Assembly (NCBI GenBank): GCA_035607055.1
Contig: DATNDC010000191.1
Span: 15,946-79,945, forward strand
From: Polyangia bacterium
GTDB taxonomy: Bacteria; Myxococcota_A; Polyangia; Fen-1088
Reading direction: 5' to 3'
Length of the DNA: 64,000 nucleotides
Shown: positions 27,510-37,138 of the stretch, one piece after another
Layout: every line of letters starts with the position of its first letter
Numbering within the stretch: the first letter of the stretch is position 1
The notes under the pieces: generated by a model
What the model was told of the DNA's origin: nothing
Database searches by the model: none
What the model saw: only the letters and a program-made list of their open reading frames with translations
Made by a program: the position numbers and the translations under genes

Positions 27510-28850
27510 CTATGGCAGCGAAAGGATCGCGCCGCCGATGCGGTCCTGCCAGAAGGCGCGTTCGTCGGCCCGGTGGGTGACCATCAGGACGGTGCTCTTC
27601 TCCTGCGTACAGAGGGAGGCGACGAGGTCGAGGACGCGGCTCCGGTTGTCCGCGTCGAGCCCGGAGGTGGGCTCGTCCATGACCACCAGCGGGGGGACCT
27701 TGATGGCGGCCCGCGCGACCAGCACCAGGCGTTGTTGCCCGAACGACAGCTCGCGAAACGCCGCCGCGGGCGGAATGCCGATCTCGAGCCAATCGAGCCA
27801 GGCGCGCGCGCGGGCGCGGTGGCTCGGCTCCGGCTTCTGGTAGACGCCGATGCTGTCGAAGAGCCCGCTCAGCAAAACCTCCTCGACGCTGCCGCCGACG
27901 CGGTAGTCGCGCTGCAGGCGCGCCGAGACCAGCCCGACGTTCTTCTTGATCTCCCACACGCTCTCGCCGCTGCCGCGCCGCCGGCCGAAGAGGTGCAGGT
28001 CGTTGCTGTAGGCCTGCGGGTGATCGCCGGTGATCATCTCGAGCAAGCTGGTCTTGCCCGAGCCGTTGGGACCTTCAATCAACGTGTGCTGGCCCGCGCG
28101 GACGGTGAAGTCGAGGTTCTCGAAGACCACCTCCTCGCCGTAGCGGACCCGACCACCCCTCAACTGCACGAGCGGCAGGCCGGGATCGAGCGGCGTGGTC
28201 CAGCTGCCGAGCGCGACGGGTGGCGGCGCGTGGGGGCGGACGTCGTCGGGGGCGCGGGCCAGGAATGCCTGCGCCGAGCCACGAAACGTCACGCGCCCCT
28301 CGGCGAAGACCACCACCTCGCGCAGTCCTTCGGGCGGGAACGGCAGCCCGCGGGTGCCGGACGTTCCCCACGCCCCGACGACGAGCACCGGCAAGCGTTG
28401 CGCCACGGCGGTGATGGCCTGGGCCAGCTCGGCGCAGGCGGCTCGGTCGAGGCCGTCGAAGGGATCGTCGAGGATCAACAGCGGCGGCGCGGCCAGCACG
28501 GTCTGCAGCAGCAGCACCTTGCGCGCCTCGCCCGTGGAGAGCTGTCGGTAGTGGCGCTCCCACAGCGGCTCCAGCCGAAACGACGCGAACAGCGGATGGC
28601 TGCGTCCGGGCTCGCCCAGCAGCTCGCGTACGCGCCTGCTGGTGTCGGCGCCCTGGCTGAAGTTGGCCTCGTCCGCCGCGAGCTGCGCCTCGTAGAAGGC
28701 TTGCTGCGATTCGGCCGAGAGGACCCGGGCGCCCGCCACGCGCGCCCCGAGCGCGCGCGCGGCGGTCGATTTGCCCGACCCGTTGGGGCCGGTGACCAGG
28801 GTCAAGCCCGGCCCGAGGCCCCCAGGAAGAGAGAGCTCGCCCTCAGCCAC
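27510..28850 (-). CDS. modF: ModF-like ABC ATPase with two fused nucleotide-binding domains
   Basis: Two Walker A sites (GPNGSGKS twice), LSTGE/LSFGQQ signatures and the block [34 protein letters not shown], which closely matches E. coli ModF as I recall it. The GTG start overlaps the ilvC stop by 8 nt. Confidence 0.8.
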   Translation of the reverse strand: MAEGELSLPGGLGPGLTLVTGPNGSGKSTAARALGARVAGARVLSAESQQAFYEAQLAADEANFSQGADTSRRVRELLGEPGRSHPLFASFRLEPLWERHYRQLSTGEARKVLLLQTVLAAPPLLILDDPFDGLDRAACAELAQAITAVAQRLPVLVVGAWGTSGTRGLPFPPEGLREVVVFAEGRVTFRGSAQAFLARAPDDVRPHAPPPVALGSWTTPLDPGLPLVQLRGGRVRYGEEVVFENLDFTVRAGQHTLIEGPNGSGKTSLLEMITGDHPQAYSNDLHLFGRRRGSGESVWEIKKNVGLVSARLQRDYRVGGSVEEVLLSGLFDSIGVYQKPEPSHRARARAWLDWLEIGIPPAAAFRELSFGQQRLVLVARAAIKVPPLVVMDEPTSGLDADNRSRVLDLVASLCTQEKSTVLMVTHRADERAFWQDRIGGAILSLP

Positions 28851-30330
28851 CGACGGCGATCTGCTTCATCGCCGTCATGTAGCCGCGCAGCGTGGCGCCG
28901 ACCTTCTCGACGGGGTGGCCCTCGATGGCCTGGTTCACCGCCAGCAAGCGGCGGTTGTCGACCTGCTGGGTCCCGGGCGCGTACGGCTTGCCGATCACCT
29001 CGGTCGGCTGCTTCGACATGAACTCCTTCAAGAGCGGCACGGCGGCGTGGCTGTAGAGGTAGCAGCCGTACTCGGCGGTGTCGCTGATGACCTTGTTCAT
29101 CTCGTACAGCTTCTTGCGCGAGATCAGGTTGGCGATGAGGGGCGTCTCGTGCAGCGACTCGTAGTAGGCGGACTCCGGCTTCATCCCCACCTCGACCATG
29201 CACTCGAACGCCAGCTCGACGCCGGCCTTGACCATGGCGACCATCAGCACGGCGTGGTCGTAGTACTCCTGCTCGCTGATCTTGTCGGCGCCCGCCGGGG
29301 TCCGCTCGAAGGCGGTGTCGTTGGTGGCCGCGCGCCACCCGAGCAGGTTCTTGTCGCCCGCGTCCCAGTCCTTCATCATCGTGGTGCTGAAGACGCCGGT
29401 GATGATGTCGTCCTGGTGCTTTCGGAAAAGCGGCCGCAGGATGCCGCGCAGCTCCTCCGCCAGCTCGAAGGCCTTCACCTTCGCCGGGTTGCTGAGGCGA
29501 TCCATCATCAGCGTGATGCCGCCCTGCTTGAGGGACTCGGTGATCGTCTCCCAGCCGTACTGAACCAGCTTGCTGGCGTAGCCGCGGTCGATCCCCTGGG
29601 CCACCATGCGATCGAAGCAGAGGAGCGAGCCGGTCTGCAACATGCCGCACAGGATCGTCTGCTCGCCCATGAGATCGCTCTTCACCTCGGCGACGAAGCT
29701 CGACTCGAGCACACCGGCGCGATCGGCGCCGGTCGCCGCCGCGTAGGCCTTGGCGATCTCCAGGCCGTCGCCGTTCGGATCGTTCTCCCGGTGCACGGCG
29801 ATCAGCGTCGGCACGCCGAAGCCGCGCTTGTACTCCTCGCGCACCTCGGTGCCCGGGCACTTGGGGGCCACCATGACGACGGTCAGATCCTTGCGGATCT
29901 GCTGCCCCTCCTCGACGATGTTGAAGCCGTGGCTGTAGGCCAGGCAGGCGCCCTTCTTCATGAGCGGCATGACCTTCTGCACCACGTCGGCGTGCTGCTT
30001 GTCGGGCGCCAGGTTGCACACCAGGTCGGCGGTGGGGATGAGCTGCTCGTAGGTCCCCACCTTGAATCCGTTGCTGGTGGCGTTGGTGAAGCTGACGCGC
30101 TTCTGCTCGATGGCGTCCGGGCGCAGCGCGTAGCTGACGTCCAGGCCCGAGTCGCGCATGTTGAGGCCCTGGTTCAGGCCCTGCGCGCCGCAACCGACGA
30201 TGACCACCTTCTTGCCCCGCAGCTTCTCGACGCCGTTGCCGAACTCGCTGCGGTCCATGAAGCGACAGCGGCCGAGCTGGTCCAGCTTCTGCGCCATCGT
30301 GAGGGTGTTGAAGTAGTTCTGTCTCGACAT
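28843..30330 (-). CDS. ilvC: Ketol-acid reductoisomerase, class II (long form)
   Basis: 495 aa. [25 protein letters not shown]...[21 protein letters not shown] is collinear with enterobacterial IlvC. Confidence 0.95.
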   Translation of the reverse strand: MSRQNYFNTLTMAQKLDQLGRCRFMDRSEFGNGVEKLRGKKVVIVGCGAQGLNQGLNMRDSGLDVSYALRPDAIEQKRVSFTNATSNGFKVGTYEQLIPTADLVCNLAPDKQHADVVQKVMPLMKKGACLAYSHGFNIVEEGQQIRKDLTVVMVAPKCPGTEVREEYKRGFGVPTLIAVHRENDPNGDGLEIAKAYAAATGADRAGVLESSFVAEVKSDLMGEQTILCGMLQTGSLLCFDRMVAQGIDRGYASKLVQYGWETITESLKQGGITLMMDRLSNPAKVKAFELAEELRGILRPLFRKHQDDIITGVFSTTMMKDWDAGDKNLLGWRAATNDTAFERTPAGADKISEQEYYDHAVLMVAMVKAGVELAFECMVEVGMKPESAYYESLHETPLIANLISRKKLYEMNKVISDTAEYGCYLYSHAAVPLLKEFMSKQPTEVIGKPYAPGTQQVDNRRLLAVNQAIEGHPVEKVGATLRGYMTAMKQIAVGG

Positions 30331-30411
30331 GGTGGGCTCCTCGCGCTGTGAACGGCAGCCAGGATAGCGCGCCGGCGACGTTGCGCATTCTCCTATTTTC
30401 GGTAGTCTGTA

Positions 30412-30426
30412 TTGCAGTTATCGCAA
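30412..30426. promoter_or_regulatory. Dyad TTGC-N7-GCAA (contains a T-N11-A LysR box) in the ilvC-ilvY divergent region
   Basis: TTGCAGTTATCGCAA lies 16 nt upstream of the ilvY ATG. A further TTGCGCA is at 30381-30387. Assigning this site to IlvY is inference. Confidence 0.3.
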
Positions 30427-30441
30427 CGACGCCGTCTCTCC

Positions 30442-31341
30442 ATGGCCAGCCCATCGCACCAGGACTTCAGCCTTTTCCTGCACTTGGCCGACAGCCTGCA
30501 CTTCGCGCGCAGCGCCCAAGCGCTGCACGTGAGCCCCTCGGCCCTGACCCGGGCGATCCAGCGGCTGGAGCAGGAGGTCGGGCAGCCCCTGTTCCAGCGC
30601 AGCCGGCGCCGGGTCACGCTCACGCGCGCCGGCGAGATCTTCCGCGACCACGCGCGCGCGCAGCTGGCGGCGCAGGCGCGCTTGCAAGAGGCGCTGGCGA
30701 CCGAGACACAGACACCGACGGGCGAGCTCCGCATCGCCTGCACGGTGACCGCCTGCCACTCCGTCCTGCCCAAGCTCCTGGCGCGCTGCCGGGAGCGATA
30801 CCCCGGCATCCACCTGCAGCTCAGCACCTCGGACGCCGCGCGCTGCATGCAAGCCCTGGAGAACGACGAGGTCGACCTGGCGGTGGTGCCCGAGCCCGAC
30901 CGCCCGGCCAGTGAGCTCCGCTTCGTCCGCCTCGCCCACACCGACCTGGCGTTCATCGCGCCCGCCTCGGACACGGAGCTGGCCCGGCGCGCCAGGCTCG
31001 GTGGCAGCCATTGGAACGGCTTGCCCGTGATCCTCCCCCGCCGCGGCCTCGACCGACAACGCGTCGACGCCTGGCTCGCGCAGCAGGGCGTCCGCCCCGA
31101 GGTCTACGCCGAGGTCGACGGCAACGAGGCCATCCTCGCTCTGGTCGCGCTCGGCTGCGGCGTCGGCGTCGTCCCCGAGCTGGTCCGCAAGGACAGCCCC
31201 TTGCGCGGCCGCATCACAGAAGTGGACCTCAAACGCCCCCCGCGCGGCTACCACGTCTCCCTGTGCGCCAAGGGCCGTACCCTCTCGCGCCGCACGGCCG
31301 CCGTGCTCTGGGATCTGGCGCCCGCGACGGCGTCGCTTTAG
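30442..31341 (+). CDS. ilvY: LysR-family regulator, IlvY-like
   Basis: FLHLADSLHFARSAQALHVSPSALTRAIQRLEQEVGQPLFQRS is collinear with E. coli IlvY. The gene is divergent from ilvC. I prefer the ATG at 30442 to the track TTG at 30412. Confidence 0.8.
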   Translation: MASPSHQDFSLFLHLADSLHFARSAQALHVSPSALTRAIQRLEQEVGQPLFQRSRRRVTLTRAGEIFRDHARAQLAAQARLQEALATETQTPTGELRIACTVTACHSVLPKLLARCRERYPGIHLQLSTSDAARCMQALENDEVDLAVVPEPDRPASELRFVRLAHTDLAFIAPASDTELARRARLGGSHWNGLPVILPRRGLDRQRVDAWLAQQGVRPEVYAEVDGNEAILALVALGCGVGVVPELVRKDSPLRGRITEVDLKRPPRGYHVSLCAKGRTLSRRTAAVLWDLAPATASL

Positions 31342-31351
31342 TGTCTGCCGC

Positions 31352-32020
31352 TCAGCGGCTGAAGAACGGCCTGCCCGAGCGGCCTGGGGCCGACCGACCC
31401 TCGCGGGCCCAGAAGGTCTGGCGATCCATGAAGGCGGTCACCACCGGCCGCTGCGCGGGCGGCGAGGCCGCGACAGATCTTCGGTGAGCGCGCGGCGCTC
31501 GGTTCGTGGCGTCGGCGCGCGCCGCCCGAACGCCGCCGGGCGAACCGACGTTCGGTCGAGGACCTGCCTCGGACGCAGAGGGGGCGACCGGGCCCGCCTC
31601 GGCGACCGTCGGTCCGCCCGCCGGGCCTTCCCTCTCCCCGGTGGCCTCTTTGGTGGGCGCGCCGCCTCGGAAACCGCTCACCCCCGCCACCGCGATCGCG
31701 CCCACCAGCGCCAAGACCAGGCGGCGGCGATCGGGCGCGCCCGCCGCCCCGAGGGCGAGCCTCGTTCCGCGCCACGTTCGCTGGGCGAGCCCGCCCGTTG
31801 CCGCGCAGACGAGCGTCACTCTTCGCCTGGCTGCGTTCATCGAGGGTCGTAGCCAGGCGATGATCCGGCGCCGCGGCTGCTCCGGAGCGGGCGCCGGTTG
31901 GTCATCGAAGCGCGGCGCTTCGATGAGGGTCTTGAGGTCCTCGGGAGGAGCGGCGGCGAAGAAGCTTCGCTCCACCTCGGTCCACGTCGCGTCGTCGGAG
32001 GGCTTCGGGAGATCTCCCAT
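31352..32020 (-). CDS. Hypothetical protein with one TM segment
   Basis: 222-aa ORF with a central hydrophobic stretch (LVLALVGAIAVAGV). No recognisable domain. Confidence 0.4.
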   Translation of the reverse strand: MGDLPKPSDDATWTEVERSFFAAAPPEDLKTLIEAPRFDDQPAPAPEQPRRRIIAWLRPSMNAARRRVTLVCAATGGLAQRTWRGTRLALGAAGAPDRRRLVLALVGAIAVAGVSGFRGGAPTKEATGEREGPAGGPTVAEAGPVAPSASEAGPRPNVGSPGGVRAARADATNRAPRAHRRSVAASPPAQRPVVTAFMDRQTFWAREGRSAPGRSGRPFFSR

Positions 32021-32204
32021 GAAGGGATAGAGCCGCGAGCCCGCCTCCGGGGTGCAAAATCATTGCGCGGCGTCCCAGGCGGCCCCGGATTCCCACGCCT
32101 TCCGCCGCCCGGCACTTCGTGCCGCCTTCATGACGCGAGCGATTGCCGCCCGTGGTCGTCGAGCGCGCGGCGGATCAAGTGGGCCGGCCCCTCGGCGGTC
32201 CATG

Positions 32205-33365
32205 TCACGCCGGAGCGCCGGAGACGCCGTTGCGGATCAGCACGTCGCGCAGCGCGATGATCACGGGGTTCACTTCCTGGTTCCAGTCGGCGCCCTGATG
32301 GTCGTAGGCCCGCTGCTCCGCCTCGACCGCCATGCGGTCCTCGCTGAACACCGCCTCGGTGAACCGGCGGATGAAGGGCCAGGCCAGCTGGATGAGACCG
32401 GGGATGCGCGGGCGCTCGATGCTGAGCGCGCCGACGCTGACGTGGCTGCGCTGCTCGCGATCGTACGGGACGTAAGCGGCCCACAGGTGGAACGAGGGGC
32501 GCTCGGCGTCGCCGCGGCGAACGGTCAGGGTCTGGAAGGGGTACTGCGTGCGGATGGTCATGACGTCGCCGTTCCCGGACTGGCCAGCGGCGGCGGGGAG
32601 GCCACGACGGCGCTCGCGGCCGGCCAGCAGCATGAGACGGGAGCGTCGATCGGGCCGGCTGCCAGGCGTGTCCTGGAAACGGTAGCGCACCTCGATCCAG
32701 TCGGACCCGGTGTCGTAATCGAGCAGCGTCGGCCTGATCCTTCCCATGATGCCGCGGTGAAGGAACTGATGGTTCATGTCCATCAAATTCTCGTGCATGA
32801 ACGAGTAGTGGCAGGCCGTCCGGCGCCAGAAACGCATCGTGCGATGGTGGGGTGACGCCGCCAGGGGCAGCGACGGCTCTGGGACCAGCGCCGCCTTGTC
32901 GCGATCGCCGGTGAACACGAACAGATAGCCGTCCCGCTCGCGACAGGGATAGGCGCGCACGCCTTGCGGCCGGCAGGCGCCCCGGGCCAGGTACGGCACG
33001 CCCGCCAGACAGCCGTCCGGGCGATAGCTCCAGGCGTGGTAGGCGCACCTCAATGTCTCGCCGCTGACCACGCCCTTGTGCAGCGGGAATTGCCGGTGCG
33101 CGCAGCGATCCTCGAGCGCGAACGCCTCACCGCGCTCGGTCCGCGCCAGCGCGATGGGATTGCCCGCGAACATCGCCGCGAACGTTCGGCCCGGGGCGAC
33201 GTCGCTGGAGCGGGCCAGTGGATACCAGAAGTCCGGATGAAGACCGACGCGTCTCAGATCTGGCCGGTTCTCGGGGCGCGCCGCGGTGTCCATCTCGGTA
33301 CCCGCGCGAAGCTGGAGTCGAGGTGCGCCGGCGTCAATCGGGGAGCGTCGTAACAGCGGCGTCAA
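32205..33365 (-). CDS. Rieske non-haem-iron oxygenase, alpha subunit type
   Basis: Rieske site CAHRQFPL...CAYHAWSY and mononuclear iron site ENLMDMNHQFLH. Confidence 0.85.
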   Translation of the reverse strand: MTPLLRRSPIDAGAPRLQLRAGTEMDTAARPENRPDLRRVGLHPDFWYPLARSSDVAPGRTFAAMFAGNPIALARTERGEAFALEDRCAHRQFPLHKGVVSGETLRCAYHAWSYRPDGCLAGVPYLARGACRPQGVRAYPCRERDGYLFVFTGDRDKAALVPEPSLPLAASPHHRTMRFWRRTACHYSFMHENLMDMNHQFLHRGIMGRIRPTLLDYDTGSDWIEVRYRFQDTPGSRPDRRSRLMLLAGRERRRGLPAAAGQSGNGDVMTIRTQYPFQTLTVRRGDAERPSFHLWAAYVPYDREQRSHVSVGALSIERPRIPGLIQLAWPFIRRFTEAVFSEDRMAVEAEQRAYDHQGADWNQEVNPVIIALRDVLIRNGVSGAPA

Positions 33366-33455
33366 GCAGCCCGAATCGCACCGTCGGACGGACGGCCGAA
33401 CGGCCGGCGCGGTCTCGCCGCGCCGGCCGTCGGCCGCTGCAGTCGTTTCTCTTCG

Positions 33456-34292
33456 TCACGGCATCGCCGAGGGCTCGCCCTTTCCGACCTCGTCGGTCTT
33501 GCCGCCGACGCCGTCCTTGCGCTCCGGACCCGGAATCTCCGTGGGCAGAGGGGCGTCGGCCTTGGCGGTCCGGATGACCGACTTGACCCCCTTGAGCCGG
33601 CTCAGGCTGGCCTCGGCGCGGTCGCTGTCCATGGCCACCGCCTTGTCGTAGGCGTCGCGGGCGTCGTCGAGGCGATCGAGCTGCTCGTAGGCCATCCCGA
33701 GGTTGTTCCACATGTACGCCTCGACGGGCTCGAGCTCGACGGCCTGCTCGAGCGAGTCGACAGCCTCCTCGTAGCGCTTGTCGTAGATGAGCGCGAGCCC
33801 CAGGTTGTTGCGCGCGTACGAGCTCTGCGGGTTGAGCTCGACGGCCTTCTCGAAGGAGGCGATGGCGTCCTTGCGCTTGCCGATGAGGAGCTGGGCGCGA
33901 CCGAGCACGTTCCAGGCGCCGGCGCGCTTGGGCGTGCGCAGCACGGCGACCTTCGCCAGCCGGAGCGCCTTCTCGCCGTTGCCGTCGGCGAGCAGCTTGC
34001 GCGCGCCGGCCAGCGCCTGCGACGGCTCGATCGTTTGCTCGTCGTCGTCATCGCTCTTGCCGGCCACCGGCTCCGGCTTGGGCGGGTCGCCGGTCGTCGA
34101 GGCCGGCGTCGGCGTCGACGTGGGCGGCGGCGGCGTCACCTTAGGCAGCGGCGGCAACTCGGACGGCCGCGGCGGCTCGGCGGCGATCGGCATCGCCTTG
34201 GGAGGTGCCGGCTCGAGGTCGTTGCAGGCGACCAGGCCGGCGGAGAGGGTCAGGGCCATTGAGAGTCTCGCGATACGGAACGTGGTGGACAT
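33456..34292 (-). CDS. TPR-repeat lipoprotein
   Basis: Lipobox AGLVAC, a Pro-rich linker, then about 4 TPR units (AWNVLGRAQLLIGKRKDAIASFEKAVELNP...). Confidence 0.8.
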   Translation of the reverse strand: MSTTFRIARLSMALTLSAGLVACNDLEPAPPKAMPIAAEPPRPSELPPLPKVTPPPPTSTPTPASTTGDPPKPEPVAGKSDDDDEQTIEPSQALAGARKLLADGNGEKALRLAKVAVLRTPKRAGAWNVLGRAQLLIGKRKDAIASFEKAVELNPQSSYARNNLGLALIYDKRYEEAVDSLEQAVELEPVEAYMWNNLGMAYEQLDRLDDARDAYDKAVAMDSDRAEASLSRLKGVKSVIRTAKADAPLPTEIPGPERKDGVGGKTDEVGKGEPSAMP

Positions 34293-34453
34293 GGGAAACG
34301 GTCTCCTTTCGGAGCACCTAAATTGCAGCCCCCGTGCCAGCGACGATCGTCGCGCGCGGCGGCCCTCGTCCGAGCGGATCCGCGGCCGTGCACGCCGAAC
34401 GATGCAGAACGTAGAACGGTGCTCTACGTTTTCGGCTGCTAGAGTTCCTGCCC

Positions 34454-35296
34454 ATGTCCAAGGTCTGGCTCGTCACGGGTTGTTCGCGGGGCCTCGGTCG
34501 TGAGGTGGCTCTGGCCGTGCTGGCGGCCGGCGATCGCCTGGTCGCCACCGCCCGCGCTCCGCGCGACCTCGCCTTTCTGACGCCCAGCGATCGCCTCCGC
34601 ACGGTCGCGCTGGACGTCACCGACGCGGCCGCCGCGCGCGCCGCGGTCGCGGGCGCCGTCGCCGCGTTTGGCCGCCTCGACGTGGTCGTCAACAACGCAG
34701 GCACCATCAAGGCCAACTCCGTCGAGGACCTCTCCGAGGAGGACTTCCGCCGCCAGATCGAGATCAACTTCTTCGGCGTCTACCACGTCACCCGGGCTGC
34801 GTTGCCGGTGATGCGCGCCCAGCACGCCGGGCACATCATCCAGATCTCCTCCATCGGCGGGCGGCGCGGTTCGCCGGGTCTCGGCGCCTATCAGTCGGCG
34901 AAGTGGGCGGTCGGCGGGTTCAGCGAGGTGCTGGCCCGCGAGGTCGCGCCGCTCGGCATCCGCGTCACCTGCGTCGAGCCCGGCGGCATGCGCACCGACA
35001 TGTTCGGCGTCTCGATGCTGGCCCCGGACCTGGCGCCGCACTACGAGCCGACCGTCGGCGCCGGCATCCGCGGCACCTTCGGCCGTCCCGAGGGCGGGCG
35101 CAGCGACCCGGCCAAGGTCGCGCGCGCCATCCTGCAGCTCGCCGGCGAGAAACAGCCACCGGTGCACTTGCTGCTCGGCAGCGACGCCGTTGCCGTCGCG
35201 GCCGCCACGGCCGCGGCGCGGGCCGAGGAGGACGCCCGCTGGAAGACGCTCAGCCTGACGACCGACCACGATGCCGGCGCCAAGGCGCCCTCCTGA
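34454..35296 (+). CDS. Short-chain dehydrogenase/reductase (SDR)
   Basis: TGCSRGLG (TGxxxGxG), NNAG and YQSAK (YxxxK). Confidence 0.9.
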   Translation: MSKVWLVTGCSRGLGREVALAVLAAGDRLVATARAPRDLAFLTPSDRLRTVALDVTDAAAARAAVAGAVAAFGRLDVVVNNAGTIKANSVEDLSEEDFRRQIEINFFGVYHVTRAALPVMRAQHAGHIIQISSIGGRRGSPGLGAYQSAKWAVGGFSEVLAREVAPLGIRVTCVEPGGMRTDMFGVSMLAPDLAPHYEPTVGAGIRGTFGRPEGGRSDPAKVARAILQLAGEKQPPVHLLLGSDAVAVAAATAAARAEEDARWKTLSLTTDHDAGAKAPS

Positions 35297-35947
35297 TCAG
35301 CCGGCGGGCGTGCTCCGATAGATCTCGAGCGCTCCCCCTCCCCCGGGCTCGCGCCTGAGCCAGGGCCGCGGCGGGAGCGGGAGGTCGACGCAGCAGACGC
35401 GGAGCTGTCTCGTGCGCGCGATCGGCTCCAGGTCGTCGAGCACCTTCGCCAGGCGAGCGCCGCTGAACGGGCAGTAGAAGAAGAAGACCGAGCCGACGAC
35501 CATGAGGCCGGCGACCGCCGCGGCGTCCCCCTCGATACAGCGGACGCGGGACAGGCCGAGGTGGTCCGTGAGGACGCGGGCGGCGCGGACCAACTCCGGT
35601 TGGACCTCGAGCCCGATGGCGCCCGCGCCGGTCAGCAGGTGCACGAGCGCGATCGCCCTCCCCGGCCCGGCGCCGACGTCGACGAACACGTCGGTCTCGC
35701 GTACGCCCGCCTGGTCGATCGTCTCCAGCAGGAGCTCGACCGAGCACGGCAGATACGGAACGCCGCCCGCCGGCAGCGCCGGACCGTCGCCGGGGAGATC
35801 GTCGAGCCCGAGCACCAGATCGATCCAGGCGTCGCGGTCGGTCGGGGGAACGCCCAACAGCGCGGCGCGGAACGTCGAGGGATCGTGGCGCCCGCGCGCG
35901 ATCGCTCGGCGAGCCGCCTCGGCCGACGTCCGGTGACGCGCTTCCAC
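35297..35947 (-). CDS. Class I SAM-dependent methyltransferase-like protein
   Basis: Motif I VFVDVGAGPGRA. I chose the GTG start at 35945-35947 because the longer track ORF would overlap the upstream Cys-rich gene. Confidence 0.6.
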   Translation of the reverse strand: MEARHRTSAEAARRAIARGRHDPSTFRAALLGVPPTDRDAWIDLVLGLDDLPGDGPALPAGGVPYLPCSVELLLETIDQAGVRETDVFVDVGAGPGRAIALVHLLTGAGAIGLEVQPELVRAARVLTDHLGLSRVRCIEGDAAAVAGLMVVGSVFFFYCPFSGARLAKVLDDLEPIARTRQLRVCCVDLPLPPRPWLRREPGGGGALEIYRSTPAG

Positions 35948-35958
35948 GGCGGCCCTGC

Positions 35959-37080
35959 TCAACGCCGCGGCGTGGCCCCGGTCGGCATCCCCGGCCAGCG
36001 GAGGACGCGGCGCCTCTCGCGCGCGCCGGCGGGGATCACGCTCGCCGCCACGGCGGCGTCCTTGCCGGAGGAGACCGTTCCGTCGCAGACCGGCGAGGTG
36101 CAGAGGCCCCCGTTGCAGGGGGTGTCGGCGACGCAGAGGTCGGTGCTGGTGCAGCTCGCGCCTCTGGGCAGGAAGGTGTGGCAGACGCCCGTCGTCCCGG
36201 TCCAATTGGAGCACTCGCCGTTGCACCGGAAGTACGTGCCGTTGACGGTTCCGCAGGGCTGCCCGTCCGCCGCCGCGGCGACGGGCGTGCAGGTGGTGCC
36301 GTCGCACGACGATGCGGCCTGGGTCGGATCACAGTTGTCGATGTCGTAGATCCCGCTGCAGCTTTGTCCGAGCGCGGGGAGCTGCGTGCAGACGTTGGTG
36401 GTCGGATCGCAATAGGCGTTGTCCCCGCAGACCTCGGTCTGGATGCAGGGGCCGCCGATGGGGACGTAAGCCGAGCAGACCAGCATGCTGCCGCTGGCGT
36501 CCGCCTCGGTGCACACCAGGTTGTCCGGACAGAGCAAGCCGCGGGTCGCGTCGACCTGGCAAGGCTGGCCGACGGTCGTCACCGCGGCGCAGGTTCCACA
36601 AGTGCTCGCGGTCTGCCAGCAGACCCCGGTCGCACACTGCCAGTCGTTGTTGCAGGAGCCGCCGACGGGGGCGGTCCCTCCCTGAGGCAGGCAGGCAGGA
36701 ACGGACTTGCCCTGGACGAAGTCGGCGCAGCTCATCGCGGCCCATCCGTCACCGCACTGCTGGACCAGCGCGGCCGTCCGCCCCGTGTGCGGCGCCGCGA
36801 CGGCGTCGTCGCACGATGCCTCGAAGTACGAGACGCAGTCGGCGAGGCTGGTGAACCCGCTGAGCCCGAAGGACCCGGGCTCGCAGGTCTGCGCGCGGTC
36901 GCAGAATTTCGTCATCGCGTCGTGGCAGTCGTTCTCGGCGCCGCCGCCGGAACCTCCAGTCCCGCCCAAACCTCCGGTCCCGCCGCCGTCGATCTTGGTC
37001 CCGCCGGAGCTGCCGCATCCCCCGAGCAACGCCCCGGCCACGCCCACCACGCCCCAGACCGCGACACCCGTGCATTTCAT
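35959..37080 (-). CDS. Cys-rich secreted lipoprotein
   Basis: Lipobox LLGGC and a Gly-rich linker, then many Cys residues in repeated C..C...C spacing over about 320 aa. Confidence 0.7.
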   Translation of the reverse strand: MKCTGVAVWGVVGVAGALLGGCGSSGGTKIDGGGTGGLGGTGGSGGGAENDCHDAMTKFCDRAQTCEPGSFGLSGFTSLADCVSYFEASCDDAVAAPHTGRTAALVQQCGDGWAAMSCADFVQGKSVPACLPQGGTAPVGGSCNNDWQCATGVCWQTASTCGTCAAVTTVGQPCQVDATRGLLCPDNLVCTEADASGSMLVCSAYVPIGGPCIQTEVCGDNAYCDPTTNVCTQLPALGQSCSGIYDIDNCDPTQAASSCDGTTCTPVAAAADGQPCGTVNGTYFRCNGECSNWTGTTGVCHTFLPRGASCTSTDLCVADTPCNGGLCTSPVCDGTVSSGKDAAVAASVIPAGARERRRVLRWPGMPTGATPRR

Positions 37081-37138
37081 GGGCAGAACGGTATTAGCTC
37101 CACCGGCCGCACGTCAACGGGGGCGCTCGAGGGGGCCG

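Noticed and set aside
27510-28850. Calling the double ABC ATPase a molybdate transporter component
   Set aside because: Similarity to ModF is clear, but no modABC or molybdenum-related genes are nearby and the function of ModF is itself unresolved. The symbol is kept only as a family label.
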